Positions 38,973-48,308 of a stretch of DNA of 61,607 bases are shown here, piece after piece. Each line of letters opens with the position of its first letter. The first letter of the stretch is position 1. The position numbers and the translations under genes were made by a program. A model generated the notes under the pieces. That model had not been told where the DNA came from, did no database searches, and saw only the letters and a program-made list of their open reading frames with translations. Origin of the DNA: a virus. Taxonomy: Duplodnaviria > Caudoviricetes. Location of the stretch: positions 1 through 61,607 of the IMG/VR virus record IMGVR_UViG_3300010359_000002; one strand, 5' to 3'.

Positions 38973-39064
38973 CCGCGGGGACGCCGCTCGCACCGGATGC
39001 ACACCGGCGAGCTGAACTTGACCCGGTGGCCCCGGACGGCGCAGACGAGCCGTTGCCAGATCAT
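38954..39064 (-). CDS. Small Zn-binding-like protein (MIWQRLVCAVRGH...CIRC)
   Basis: RBS GGAGGT; C....GH...C..C motif. Could instead start at 39166. Confidence 0.4.
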   Translation of the reverse strand: MIWQRLVCAVRGHRVKFSSPVCIRCERRPRGTPGGS

Positions 39065-39162
39065 CGGTACCTCCGTGCTGAGAGGATGGGCCAATGGTCG
39101 AGGAGCGCTGTGCCGCCGGGCGAGGTGCCGATGTTCCTGACGCCGGATGAGAGCTGAGGGCT

Positions 39163-39477
39163 TCACAGCTCCGTCACCCCGTGCATTGCCGCGTTGATCT
39201 CCTCCTCGCCGATGCCCATGCTGCGCATCTCCTCGCGCACCCCCGGCACAGCCCGCTTCACCGTGGCCGGGCCTTCCCGGCGGGCACACGGAATGCAGCT
39301 GGAGCGCAGCCGGAGATTGGCCGCCAGGTACAGCGCGCCGGCCGGCGAGACCCAGCACAGGTGCCCGCAGGAAGCCGTCATGGTCGTGGCCCCGGGCACC
39401 ACCCCGCTGGGGTCCAGCACTCCGCGGAACCTGGAGAGCACCATCAGCTCCTCCAGCATTCCGAACGCGTCACTCAC
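39163..39477 (-). CDS. Hypothetical protein
   Basis: Coupled leftward ORF with CGH..C..C. Confidence 0.55.
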   Translation of the reverse strand: MSDAFGMLEELMVLSRFRGVLDPSGVVPGATTMTASCGHLCWVSPAGALYLAANLRLRSSCIPCARREGPATVKRAVPGVREEMRSMGIGEEEINAAMHGVTEL

Positions 39478-39776
39478 GCTGGCCTCCAGCTGCCGCCGTC
39501 CGGGTCGGTGCGGTTGAAGTGGTACTGCTCCGCGGGGTCTTTCACCTCCGGCATGTCGCTGGCGGTGCCGGGAGCGACCAGGCCGGCCTGCTCGAAGATT
39601 CGGATGATGTGCCGCTCGGTCTGGCCGTACATCAGCATCAGCCGCAGCCCGGGGATGTTGACCTTGTCCAGCGGCACCTCTGCTGGTTGGCCCTGCAGAA
39701 GGCGCTCGATGTTTTCCTGGGTGATTCCGATCATGACGATGGCCTCGCCGTCGGCGTCGCCGCGCATCGTGATCAA
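39474..39776 (-). CDS. Hypothetical protein
   Basis: TTG 39776 or ATG 39767; 'IGITQENIERL..GQP' motif. Confidence 0.55.
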   Translation of the reverse strand: MITMRGDADGEAIVMIGITQENIERLLQGQPAEVPLDKVNIPGLRLMLMYGQTERHIIRIFEQAGLVAPGTASDMPEVKDPAEQYHFNRTDPDGGSWRPA

Positions 39777-40162
39777 TTCAGGTCTCCGTTCAGGTAGGCG
39801 GTCACGGCGGTGCTGTCCACGATCATCGCGATGTAGAGGACGCTCAGGCCGGGATCCTTCTCCAGCTGCTCGTCCATGCGCCGCCACACTGACTCGTCCA
39901 AGATGTCGTGGGGGTCGGTGTCCAGCGGGAACACGACCAGCACCCAGTTGCCTTTCGGGGTGATGTTGCGTTCCTCCACCGAGCGGAGCATGCACGGGTA
40001 GGCGTTGGTTGTGGCGTGGTCGTAGAGCTGGTCTGTGCCTGCGCACTTGGCGACCTCTTCGGCGTCGCCGACAACGGCCATCTTGCAGGGGGAACCACCC
40101 ACCATCACCGTGTAGGTGGCTGCTTCGCCGCGTTCCGGCGGCAACACCGCCCAGGGGCTCAT
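39773..40162 (-). CDS. Hypothetical protein
   Basis: Coupled leftward ORF. Confidence 0.55.
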   Translation of the reverse strand: MSPWAVLPPERGEAATYTVMVGGSPCKMAVVGDAEEVAKCAGTDQLYDHATTNAYPCMLRSVEERNITPKGNWVLVVFPLDTDPHDILDESVWRRMDEQLEKDPGLSVLYIAMIVDSTAVTAYLNGDLN

Positions 40163-40866
40163 AGGTCCCACGTCTTGAATAGCGCGGGGTGCTCCTTGGT
40201 GATGGTGTTCAGGTGTTCGAACCGCTCGGTCTGGTCTTCATGTGCGAGCAGCCCCACCTGCCCGTTGATCTGGGTCGACAACATCCGCCCGACGATGATG
40301 TCGCGCTCGGTGCGTTCCGGCAGGCTGGTTACGCCGTGCTCTCGCAGGAACTGCGTGCTGGCCCCCGGGATGTTCATCATCTGCACCAGCGCCGTCGGGA
40401 GTCCGCCGCCCGGCTCCCGCATCCCGTAGGTCTGCTCGAAGACCGGGAGGTCGCCCTCCCAGTTGTAGGGCGAGGTCAACGCGATGATGTCGCCGGCGCG
40501 GTTGGCGCCGAAGGTGTTGATGGTCTCCTGGACCCAGCCCTTGGCGATCCCGTCATGCTGCTCGGCCAACGTCTGGTAGTCGCCCATCACCACCGGCTTC
40601 CCCGTGACCGGGTTGTTGCCCCTGAAGCGCTGGCGGTAGCCCTCCATCGTGAAGACGACGGCATCGGCGTCGAAGCCTGTCACCAACAGGCGGAGGTCTC
40701 GTAGCACCGTCGCGTGCTTGGGGATGAGGAACGCCAACGCGACCGGTCCCGAGCCACGGAAGATCTCAGCGAGCAGGATGATGTCGACCCGACCCTCCTC
40801 CTCGCATCGTCGTTTCTTGATCGTCTGGGCGTGCTGCGCCGCGTCCTCGACCTGTTGCTGCAACAT
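40159..40866 (-). CDS. Hypothetical protein
   Basis: RBS AAGGAG before ATG 40866 (MLQQQVED...). Confidence 0.6.
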   Translation of the reverse strand: MLQQQVEDAAQHAQTIKKRRCEEEGRVDIILLAEIFRGSGPVALAFLIPKHATVLRDLRLLVTGFDADAVVFTMEGYRQRFRGNNPVTGKPVVMGDYQTLAEQHDGIAKGWVQETINTFGANRAGDIIALTSPYNWEGDLPVFEQTYGMREPGGGLPTALVQMMNIPGASTQFLREHGVTSLPERTERDIIVGRMLSTQINGQVGLLAHEDQTERFEHLNTITKEHPALFKTWDL

Positions 40867-40890
40867 CCGCCGTCTCCTTGACGAACCAGT

Positions 40891-40919
40891 TTCACCCAAC
40901 GTAAGCAGGTCGCTACAGT
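40891..40919 (+). promoter_or_regulatory. SigA-like promoter TTCACC-N17-TACAGT, possibly leaderless
   Basis: -10 ends 8 nt before ATG 40928; no RBS. Confidence 0.4.
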
Positions 40920-40927
40920 ATCGAGCC

Positions 40928-41368
40928 ATGACGCAACGCGTGTTGGCACCGTGGACTTCGGAGCAGGTGCAGTCGATGCGCGCCTACCAGGCCAGCCAGT
41001 ACACGTCCTCGCTGGTGTGCCTGCGGCTCGACCACGAACCCGGCGTGCCGCTCGTCGTCAACACCGAGGGCCTGGACTGTCCGCTCTGCAACGCGCGGCG
41101 GGAGTGGGTGCACCAGGGCATCGCCAACGGCACCTGGCGCGTCATCGAGCTGGACCAGGCCGAGCGGATCGACGACCTGGTGACGCGCTGGCATGACGGT
41201 GAGGGCAAGGGCTGGGGCCTGGACGAGTGGCTGGGGCTGACCTCGGAGGAGTACGGGATGTGGCTGGAGACGAGCCAGTTGCCGGCCAGCTACGAAGTGC
41301 CGCGCCGGCCTCGATCCACGTCGAGTTCTCAACCCGCGATCCCCGCATCGCCCAGACCCTCCAGCTGA
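40928..41368 (+). CDS. Hypothetical protein
   Basis: MTQRVLAPW...; 'W...L.EWLG.T.EEY..W' C-terminal motif. Confidence 0.6.
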   Translation: MTQRVLAPWTSEQVQSMRAYQASQYTSSLVCLRLDHEPGVPLVVNTEGLDCPLCNARREWVHQGIANGTWRVIELDQAERIDDLVTRWHDGEGKGWGLDEWLGLTSEEYGMWLETSQLPASYEVPRRPRSTSSSQPAIPASPRPSS

Positions 41369-41491
41369 TCGAGGGCACTCACGGGGCGGACCGGCAAGAG
41401 CTGGAGGGCATCCTGCTCGCCTTCTTGGCCAAGCACAGCTTCGAGACGGCCGCGGTGATGCGCGTCCATGAGCGAGAGAGGGAGGCGCGAC

Positions 41492-42019
41492 GTGGCCGGA
41501 GAGGCGTTCCACCGGAGTCCTGACGAGAGACCGCGCAAGCGGCCGAAGGACCCGTACGACGATCCCGGATATCGGGCCTGGGCGCGCAGCGTCATCGACC
41601 AGCTGGTGCCCAAGCTGCAGAGCTGCAACTACATGGTCAGCGTGCTCAACGAGCCGGCCGACGACGAAGATCCGGACATCGTCAGCCCCAAGTTCTGCGT
41701 CGAACTGGGCGTGTCGATCATGCTGGGCAAGCCGCTGATCGTCGGCATCTTCCCCGGGTGGAAGATTCCCGCCAAGCTCGCGATGATCGCCGACCGCATC
41801 ATCGAGACCGACCACGAGAACATGGCGGACTTCGCCGAGCGGCTCCGGCTCGCGATGAAGGAGATGGATCAGGAGGAGGAGGCCGTTTCGGAGGTGGCCG
41901 GGCTGCGCGTTGTCGCGGCTGACTGGGTACCGGCAGGGACGGTCTATGTCTGCCGGAACGCTGACGGAACGACGCCATCACCGGAGGACGTCATCGCCCA
42001 GATCAAGGTGGGGGCGTGA
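41492..42019 (+). CDS. Hypothetical protein, nucleoside-deoxyribosyltransferase-like motif
   Basis: RBS GGAGG; 'VELGVSIMLGKPLIV'. Confidence 0.5.
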   Translation: MAGEAFHRSPDERPRKRPKDPYDDPGYRAWARSVIDQLVPKLQSCNYMVSVLNEPADDEDPDIVSPKFCVELGVSIMLGKPLIVGIFPGWKIPAKLAMIADRIIETDHENMADFAERLRLAMKEMDQEEEAVSEVAGLRVVAADWVPAGTVYVCRNADGTTPSPEDVIAQIKVGA

Positions 42020-42504
42020 CCCAGTACGCCAAGGGCACCACGGTCCGGCCGGAGGCCACCCGCGACGAGATCGAGCGGACGCTGAACAGGTACGGGGCCG
42101 ACCAGTTCGTCTACGGGTGGGACGACGAACGGCAGATGGCGATCATCGGATTCCGGCTCAAAGGGATGCAGATCCGGCTGGTGCTGAAGTTGCCGGCCGC
42201 CGACGAGCAGCGGTTCCGCTATACGCCCGACCGGCGTCTGCGTCGCAATGATGTCGCCACCCGGCAGGCATGGGAGGCGGCCAAGCGGCAGGCGTGGCGG
42301 GAGCTGCTGCTCATCATCAAGGCGAAGCTGGTGGCTGTTGAGGCCGGCGTCGTCGAGTTCGCGACGGAGTTCCTTCCCTACATCGTTCTGCCCGGCGGCC
42401 AGACCGTTGGTGAGCATCTGGAGCCCCAGCTGCCGACGGTATTGGCCACGGGGGAGGTCCCGTCATTGTTGCCACTACCAGGAGGAACGCATGGCCACAC
42501 GTGA
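42016..42504 (+). CDS. Conserved phage hypothetical protein
   Basis: 'YA..T.V...R.EIE..L..YGA..F' and 'IKAKL.AVE.G' family pattern. Confidence 0.65.
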   Translation: MTQYAKGTTVRPEATRDEIERTLNRYGADQFVYGWDDERQMAIIGFRLKGMQIRLVLKLPAADEQRFRYTPDRRLRRNDVATRQAWEAAKRQAWRELLLIIKAKLVAVEAGVVEFATEFLPYIVLPGGQTVGEHLEPQLPTVLATGEVPSLLPLPGGTHGHT

Positions 42505-42766
42505 GCGCACCACCAAGAAGGCGACCGAGCCGGCCCCGGCGGTCGTGAAGGAGAGGACGGCCGACACCAACGAGTACGTCCTCTTCATCCGGCAGCAGCC
42601 GCCGACCGGCGGCAAGGTCTCCGCCAAGGCGTACTTCCCGCTGGACCGCTCCACGGCCAACGCCCGGCTCGCCAAGCTGAAGCGGGTCTACCAGAAGACG
42701 TACGGCACCCTGGAGGGCTTCGTCGGCCACGTGCTGGTGCCGGCAGCGCTGCCGGCGGAGGGCTGA
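42491..42766 (+). CDS. Hypothetical basic protein
   Basis: RBS AGGAGG, ATG 42491. Confidence 0.6.
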   Translation: MATRERTTKKATEPAPAVVKERTADTNEYVLFIRQQPPTGGKVSAKAYFPLDRSTANARLAKLKRVYQKTYGTLEGFVGHVLVPAALPAEG

Positions 42767-43401
42767 TGCCGTTCGCAGCTGGGGGTGATGCACCGGTCGA
42801 CTACGACCGCGAGGAGGGCTTCAACATCTTCGTGCAGTGGGACCCCGACGCTGAGCTGTACGGCATGGTGCTGGAGACCAGCAATGACCGCTCGGCGAAG
42901 CTGAGCCAGGAGCAGGCCCTGGAGTGGGTCCGCACGATGCTGGCGGCCCTGGCGGCGGCCGAGCATGACCGGGCGGTGGCCATCCAGCAGGCCAGGCTGG
43001 GTACGTCGATGCAGGACATCGCTGCACTGCTGCACGAGCTGCGGGAGGCACGGGGGCCGCTGGAGATGGGCCTGCTGGGGATCCGGCTGGAGCCGATCAT
43101 CGCCACGCGGCCGCAACATCGGTTGGAGGCTGTCGTCACGATCTACCAGGACGGCAAGCCGTCCGGCCAGTGGGGGCGGGAGGAGATCCTGGACCACGCC
43201 AACGGCATCCTGATGTGCGGCCCTGCCACGAAGGAGGACAACGCCTACTACTCGTGGCTGACCAAGAGGGCGGATCTGGATCATGGCGTGGCCACGCATG
43301 TGATCGCGGACCTGATCGACATGCACGATCCGAAGCTGGTGTTCAGGCCAACCTCTGGCCCCAGCGCAGCAGCTGGACCGCCGTCAGGCCCGGAGTCGTG
43401 A
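42766..43401 (+). CDS. Hypothetical protein
   Basis: TGATG coupling; 211 aa. Confidence 0.6.
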   Translation: MPFAAGGDAPVDYDREEGFNIFVQWDPDAELYGMVLETSNDRSAKLSQEQALEWVRTMLAALAAAEHDRAVAIQQARLGTSMQDIAALLHELREARGPLEMGLLGIRLEPIIATRPQHRLEAVVTIYQDGKPSGQWGREEILDHANGILMCGPATKEDNAYYSWLTKRADLDHGVATHVIADLIDMHDPKLVFRPTSGPSAAAGPPSGPES

Positions 43402-43675
43402 TACACACCTGAAGCGCCTCCCGGAACAGGGCGGCCCGAACACCGTGGGCGTGGATGAGGTGGCAGTCATGGCCCGGCTGCCAGCCGATCACCACGAGGT
43501 TGTCCTCGGTGTTCGGGCCGCCCTGCGAGCGGAACGTGACGTGGTGCAGGCTAACGACCTCGACCCACCGGCCGCACACGCGGCAGCAGTGGTTGTCGCG
43601 TTCGATGACGGCTCGGCGAACGCTCGTTGGCACCGCGTCCCCGATGCTCACGGCGAGACGCTCTCCGCTTCGCAC
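43343..43675 (-). CDS. HNH endonuclease
   Basis: VIERD..CRVCG...HH..RSQGG....NL.....CH...H. Confidence 0.8.
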   Translation of the reverse strand: MRSGERLAVSIGDAVPTSVRRAVIERDNHCCRVCGRWVEVVSLHHVTFRSQGGPNTEDNLVVIGWQPGHDCHLIHAHGVRAALFREALQVCITTPGLTAVQLLRWGQRLA

Positions 43676-43676
43676 A

Positions 43677-44009
43677 TCATTCCTTCAGGAGCCAGTCGTA
43701 CAGGTCGGGCATCGGCACGTGCTGGCCAGCGAGGCTGTGAGAGCAGTCGCTGAGGAACTCGAACACCCCGGCCCGCAGGAACGAGTGGCAGCGCAGCGGA
43801 CCTGCAGTGGTGAGGATGCTGGGGTTCAGCGTCGCAGCGGCGAGGCTGCCGTCCCAGTCCCAGCGCGCACGGATGCCCGTCTCGCCTTGCACCGGAAGCA
43901 TGTGCACCCCAGTGTGACCGTCCGCGACACAACCAGGGCAGACGAACAGCAGCGCCTTGTAGGTGTGCTCGCCGTCCCGCACCGTCCGCAGGAGCGCCTT
44001 CGGCTTCAC
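43677..44009 (-). CDS. DUF6527-like protein
   Basis: CPGC...H, W.WDG...TL.PSI, CHSF...G...FL.DC.H motifs. Confidence 0.65.
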   Translation of the reverse strand: MKPKALLRTVRDGEHTYKALLFVCPGCVADGHTGVHMLPVQGETGIRARWDWDGSLAAATLNPSILTTAGPLRCHSFLRAGVFEFLSDCSHSLAGQHVPMPDLYDWLLKE

Positions 44010-44218
44010 GCGTCACCCAGGTCAGGCTTGTGCTCATCTCGGCCGGCCCAGCGCAGCTCCACGAGCATCAGGCTGATGAACACCGCAGCCGCGGTGACGA
44101 GCAGCCAGGCGGTGACGTCCCAGCGCGCCACGTAGAACGGAACGCTAGCGAAGCCCATGATCAGGGCGCACCCGAACCAGTTGCGAGCGGCGCGGTGGTG
44201 GCGCTCGCTGGGGGTCAC
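44006..44218 (-). CDS. Small 2-TM membrane protein
   Basis: GTG 44218; two hydrophobic helices. Confidence 0.55.
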   Translation of the reverse strand: MTPSERHHRAARNWFGCALIMGFASVPFYVARWDVTAWLLVTAAAVFISLMLVELRWAGRDEHKPDLGDA

Positions 44219-44511
44219 CCGGCCTGCTCCAGGTACGCCAGCCAGGCACCCAGCTCGCCGGCCTGCTCCTTCTGGTCGTCGTTCTGGTCTTCGACCTTGC
44301 CCAGGGATAGGAGCATCCCCTCCACCCAGTCCTTCAGGTCGGCGTCGATGGTCCCGTCGGAGATGAACCCGGCGAGGTTGGTCTCGTCTACGTCGTCGCC
44401 TTCCATGTCGTCCAGCCAGAGCTGGGCGATGGCCTGCGCCTCGGCCTCGACGGGCACGGTCCCGTCGGTGCGCCAACGCTCGATGGCGGCGGCGGTGTCG
44501 ATCTCGGCCAC
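44215..44511 (-). CDS. Acidic hypothetical protein
   Basis: 98 aa, D/E-rich. Confidence 0.6.
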   Translation of the reverse strand: MAEIDTAAAIERWRTDGTVPVEAEAQAIAQLWLDDMEGDDVDETNLAGFISDGTIDADLKDWVEGMLLSLGKVEDQNDDQKEQAGELGAWLAYLEQAG

Positions 44512-44550
44512 GGTATGTTCCCCTTCGTTACGGTGTGCAGTGGCACCAGG

Positions 44551-45021
44551 CTAGGTGGTCAGTTCCTCGCGGTAGGGCACCACGCCGTGCATGTGGACCT
44601 CCAGCCGGCCCCACCACTCCATCGTCATTGCCCGCCGGCCCAGGAACCGCGGCCGCTGCTCAATCGGGCGCGTGGACTCGGTCTCCATCAGCCGGGCGTA
44701 GATCTCCGTCCAGCGCCGGCGCTTCACCAGCGGCCCGCAGGTCTCGCACGCACCCCAGTGGCCATCCGACTCGTAGCCGAACACTGGGTCAACGAAGCTG
44801 TCGGCGAGGATCAGCCACGGAGTAGGGCCGTCCCGGTCGCAGAAGTCGCAGCGCGAGGCGTTTGGCAGGGTGCCGCGTGGGACTGGTACCGGGATGTGGT
44901 CGTCGGCTTCCCAGGGCCGCAGGTGCCCGTAGCTCTCCTCGTAGGGAGGCTCTTGCTGGATGAACGCCTCCAGGGGGTAGCCGCACACTGCGCAGATCAT
45001 CTTGTTGCCGCCGCCGCTCAC
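44551..45021 (-). CDS. Zn-binding hypothetical protein
   Basis: CAVC, CDFC and W.ACETC motifs. Confidence 0.6.
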   Translation of the reverse strand: MSGGGNKMICAVCGYPLEAFIQQEPPYEESYGHLRPWEADDHIPVPVPRGTLPNASRCDFCDRDGPTPWLILADSFVDPVFGYESDGHWGACETCGPLVKRRRWTEIYARLMETESTRPIEQRPRFLGRRAMTMEWWGRLEVHMHGVVPYREELTT

Positions 45022-46004
45022 GATTCCATGCCCTTCCGTAGCTGCTCCACTTCGTCTAGAGCCACCTCAGCGGCGGTCCCGACCTCATCGAGCGCGGAAT
45101 CCAGCCAGTCGGAGTAGCGCGCGGCCAGCTGTAGCACGGTGTCGAACCGGCCCTTGATCGTTTCGTAGGCGATGCCGGAGACCCGGTCACGCTTCATCCG
45201 CAACGCCGCGGAGTCCCGCACCACCCGCTCCAGCTCGGTGACGGCCTCCAGCTCCACGGCCTGGATCAGCATGTCCCGGGCCTCCGGCAGGGCTACCAGC
45301 GGCAGCCGGTGCAGCTGGCAGCGCATCCGTACAGCCAGCTCGTGCAGCGCGGCCAGCTCCTCGGCGTGGGAGATGTGCACGAAGTAGGTGGACGGGTGGA
45401 GCATGACGGCCTCGAACTGGCCCAGGAGGTCACGGAACATGCCCCGGGCCTTGTTGCCGCCCAGATACTGCAGGGACCGCTTGTAGGCGTCGTCGATGCG
45501 GCGCAGCACCGCCTGGACCTGCGGGTGCTCCCCGGGCATCAAGGTGGAGGAGTTCATCGTGGTCCGCAGCCGCTCCGAGCCCGGGGTGATCCGCCCCTCC
45601 CGGACCGAGCCCCGGTAGAAGCGCAGCTCAGCCACCGTGTCGTGGCGCAGCTGCCGCTTGCCGGCGCGGACCTCCCGCACCAGCAGTCGGGTCTGCCCGT
45701 CCGGGTCCGGAGCCAGGGAGCGCACCAGGATCAGCCCCTGCTGCCCGCCGCCCAGGTCGTAGCTGTGTCGGTCCACCGACTTGGTCGCCACCCGGAATGC
45801 GTTCAGCGCGGTGCCCGGGTGCGGCAGGTGACGCGCGTCCAGTCCCAGCTCTAGCAGCCACCCGGCGATGGCCTGCCGGTCGTAGTCGGCCTCCTTCACG
45901 GTGAAGAACACCAGGTGTCCCAGCAGCATCGCTGCCGGGAGGGTGTCGTGCGTCTCGACGTAGGCGGACAGCTCCCGTTCCAGCTGTCCGCTGCCCTGAC
46001 TCAC
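45018..46004 (-). CDS. DUF6744/DUF3150-like protein
   Basis: 'LGHLVFFTV', 'AFR.AT', 'YFV' and a helical C-terminus; adjacent to the vWA gene. Confidence 0.55.
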   Translation of the reverse strand: MSQGSGQLERELSAYVETHDTLPAAMLLGHLVFFTVKEADYDRQAIAGWLLELGLDARHLPHPGTALNAFRVATKSVDRHSYDLGGGQQGLILVRSLAPDPDGQTRLLVREVRAGKRQLRHDTVAELRFYRGSVREGRITPGSERLRTTMNSSTLMPGEHPQVQAVLRRIDDAYKRSLQYLGGNKARGMFRDLLGQFEAVMLHPSTYFVHISHAEELAALHELAVRMRCQLHRLPLVALPEARDMLIQAVELEAVTELERVVRDSAALRMKRDRVSGIAYETIKGRFDTVLQLAARYSDWLDSALDEVGTAAEVALDEVEQLRKGMES

Positions 46005-47569
46005 AGAGCTGCCGGGAACAGCCCGGCCGCGGTGTCCACCTCGTCGCCCGGCAGTACACCGGTGATCGGGCGGACCGTGTCGCAGATCTGCTGCATGGTC
46101 GAGCCCTCGCCGGTCTCGTAGCCGATCAGCACCCCGTGCACCCGAACCCCCAGTCGGCGCCGGCGCTCCTGGAAGCTGGCTACCCACTCGTCGTCGAACC
46201 AGCTGTAGCCGTCGTCGGTGATGAAGACGATGTCGGCCTGGCCGAATCGGCGCTGATCGAAGCGGGTCGCGCACTCCTGTAGCGCCATGTTCAACGGCGG
46301 CTCGAAGCAGGTGCCGCCGCAGAAGAAGTGCTCCACCATCTCCACCGTCGCCTCGAAGGACGGGGTGCTCAGGTCGATGCAGTGCTGCTCGTAGCTGGAG
46401 GCGAAGCCGATGTAGTACATCGGCCGGTGCTGCAGCTGCGCCAACCGGGCCAGGGCCAGGGTGAGCGCCTTCGCCCACGCCTCCCGGGTGACCGAGCCGA
46501 TGTCAGGGATCTCCATCGACCCCGACTCGTCGCACACCACCACCAGCGGCCCCCGGCCGGTCCGCTCGGTGCCGCGGACCGCCCACACCGACAGGCGCTG
46601 CTCGACGTAGCGCAGCAGGAAGTCGGTCTCCAGCTCCGGTGTCGCCAGGGACACCATCTCGTCGTTGGTGAGCCGGCCCAGGTCGTCACCCAGCTCCACG
46701 CCCACGATCTCCGACGGGACACCGGCCACCTTCTTGCGCAGCGCGGCCTCCGCGGCCGAGCGCATCGCCCCGACCAGCGAGGCGAACTTGGCGATCCGGT
46801 TGTGCTGCAGCCGCTTCATCAGCGCTTCGCGCTCGGCGAAGCTCTTGCGCTGCAGGGTGCCTGGGTCGAGCCCGAACTGGTGGGCCATCGCCGTCTGGGC
46901 CTGCAGCTGGGCTGCAGACGCGTCCGCGCTGGCCCTCAGCATCAGCATGACCTGGCCGGCCGCGATGTCGGCGGCCTCGGTGGCCTGCTCCTCCAGTACC
47001 ACGAGGGTGCCGAGCAGCTCCTCCAGCGCCAGCTCGATGTCCGCCAATTCCTGCAGCTGGTCAGGGTCGGCCTCGTCCGGGTCCAGGTTCTCGATCAGTT
47101 CCCGGGCCCTGGCGGCCAGTTCCAGGGCCTGATCGAGCCGGTCCTGCAGCTCCTGGGCCATCTGCTGGGCCAGCTCCATCGCCTCGAACGCGGCCTCCAG
47201 CTCCGAGCGCATCGACAGCAGCGCGAGCATGGTGGCGTACAGGTGGTTGGCGGTGTGGTTGCGCAGGTTCAGCAGCTCGTCGTACTCCGAGAACCGGTGC
47301 ACCATCTGCCGGTTCGCGATGTAGGCCGGCGCCATCTCCCCGGCCGGGCGCACCCGCGGGTCACCCTTGAGCAGCAGCAGGAACACGTCCTGGAGGAACT
47401 CCGGTGCCCGGTCGTACTTGGCGGTGAAGTCCAGGTACAGATCCTGCAGCGACGGCATCTCCTTGCGCGCCTCGGTCCAGGACTGGACGTCGAAGCGGTC
47501 GTGCGCTACGGCGTGCTTGTGCTGCCGGCTGGCCAGCCTGGCCCAGGTGTCCCAGGTGTCGCTCATCAT
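46001..47569 (-). CDS. vWA-domain protein (ViaA-like)
   Basis: MIDAS DESGSM, GGT.F and DIVFITD motifs; G.ELG.DL.RL. Confidence 0.85.
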   Translation of the reverse strand: MMSDTWDTWARLASRQHKHAVAHDRFDVQSWTEARKEMPSLQDLYLDFTAKYDRAPEFLQDVFLLLLKGDPRVRPAGEMAPAYIANRQMVHRFSEYDELLNLRNHTANHLYATMLALLSMRSELEAAFEAMELAQQMAQELQDRLDQALELAARARELIENLDPDEADPDQLQELADIELALEELLGTLVVLEEQATEAADIAAGQVMLMLRASADASAAQLQAQTAMAHQFGLDPGTLQRKSFAEREALMKRLQHNRIAKFASLVGAMRSAAEAALRKKVAGVPSEIVGVELGDDLGRLTNDEMVSLATPELETDFLLRYVEQRLSVWAVRGTERTGRGPLVVVCDESGSMEIPDIGSVTREAWAKALTLALARLAQLQHRPMYYIGFASSYEQHCIDLSTPSFEATVEMVEHFFCGGTCFEPPLNMALQECATRFDQRRFGQADIVFITDDGYSWFDDEWVASFQERRRRLGVRVHGVLIGYETGEGSTMQQICDTVRPITGVLPGDEVDTAAGLFPAAL

Positions 47570-47907
47570 GCCTCCCTGGTGTGGTGGTTGAACCACTCCG
47601 GCCGACCGCAGTGGTGGCACTCCGGTTCCCGGCCCCCGACCGCCACCCCGAACCGGAACGGGTGCAGGTGCGCCAGGGCCTGGTAGATCGCGCAGTCCCT
47701 GCTGTGCCGGGCTTTCCAGCCGCACGCCTCGCACGGCGCGGCTGCCGCCTTCAGCTGGCCCACCGGCACCATGCCGTAGATCTCGGAGCCGTCGAACTGC
47801 ACGAAGGCGTTCATGGTGCCCGGCGAGTCCAGCAGGGTGCCGCAGTAGCTGGTGTCGAGCAGGGCACCGCGATACCCGTTGACCCGCGAGCCCTTGGCCA
47901 GCCTCAT
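47566..47907 (-). CDS. Hypothetical protein
   Basis: MRLAKGSRV...; C/H motifs. Confidence 0.5.
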   Translation of the reverse strand: MRLAKGSRVNGYRGALLDTSYCGTLLDSPGTMNAFVQFDGSEIYGMVPVGQLKAAAAPCEACGWKARHSRDCAIYQALAHLHPFRFGVAVGGREPECHHCGRPEWFNHHTREA

Positions 47908-48308
47908 TGCTTGACCTCGCGTGGCCGGATGTTCTCGGCCGAGAACCGCTTCACGTGACGTTTTCCGGTCCTGTTGCGGGCGTAGTCGACCTCGACCAGG
48001 GTGCGCCCCAGGTCGGTGACGCGGCCGGGCCGCCAGGCGCCGTAGCTGTGCACCTGCACGAACATCCCCACGGCGTAGGTGAACGTGTGCGACTTCAGCT
48101 CGGCGCCGTCCCACACGGACGATTCAGCCCGGGTGCCGACCAGGAACTCGTAGGTGCCGCGCAGGTAACGCTCGCCCTTCTCCAGCGTCCAGGTGGTCAG
48201 GGTCAGCCCCAGGTACAGCCGGTGTGGCCGCGCAGCGGTGTGCTCGGCCAGCTCCGTGGGAGACCCGCTGAAGTGGCAGCCCGCCCGCGGGCAGAACTTC
48301 TGCGTCAC
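47904..48308 (-). CDS. Hypothetical protein
   Basis: N-terminal C2H2-like and C-terminal SH3-like patterns. Confidence 0.55.
   Translation of the reverse strand: MTQKFCPRAGCHFSGSPTELAEHTAARPHRLYLGLTLTTWTLEKGERYLRGTYEFLVGTRAESSVWDGAELKSHTFTYAVGMFVQVHSYGAWRPGRVTDLGRTLVEVDYARNRTGKRHVKRFSAENIRPREVKQ

Noticed and set aside
43617-43630. Additional operator CGAACGCTCGTTGG
   Set aside because: Lies inside the HNH coding sequence and could be chance; not counted.
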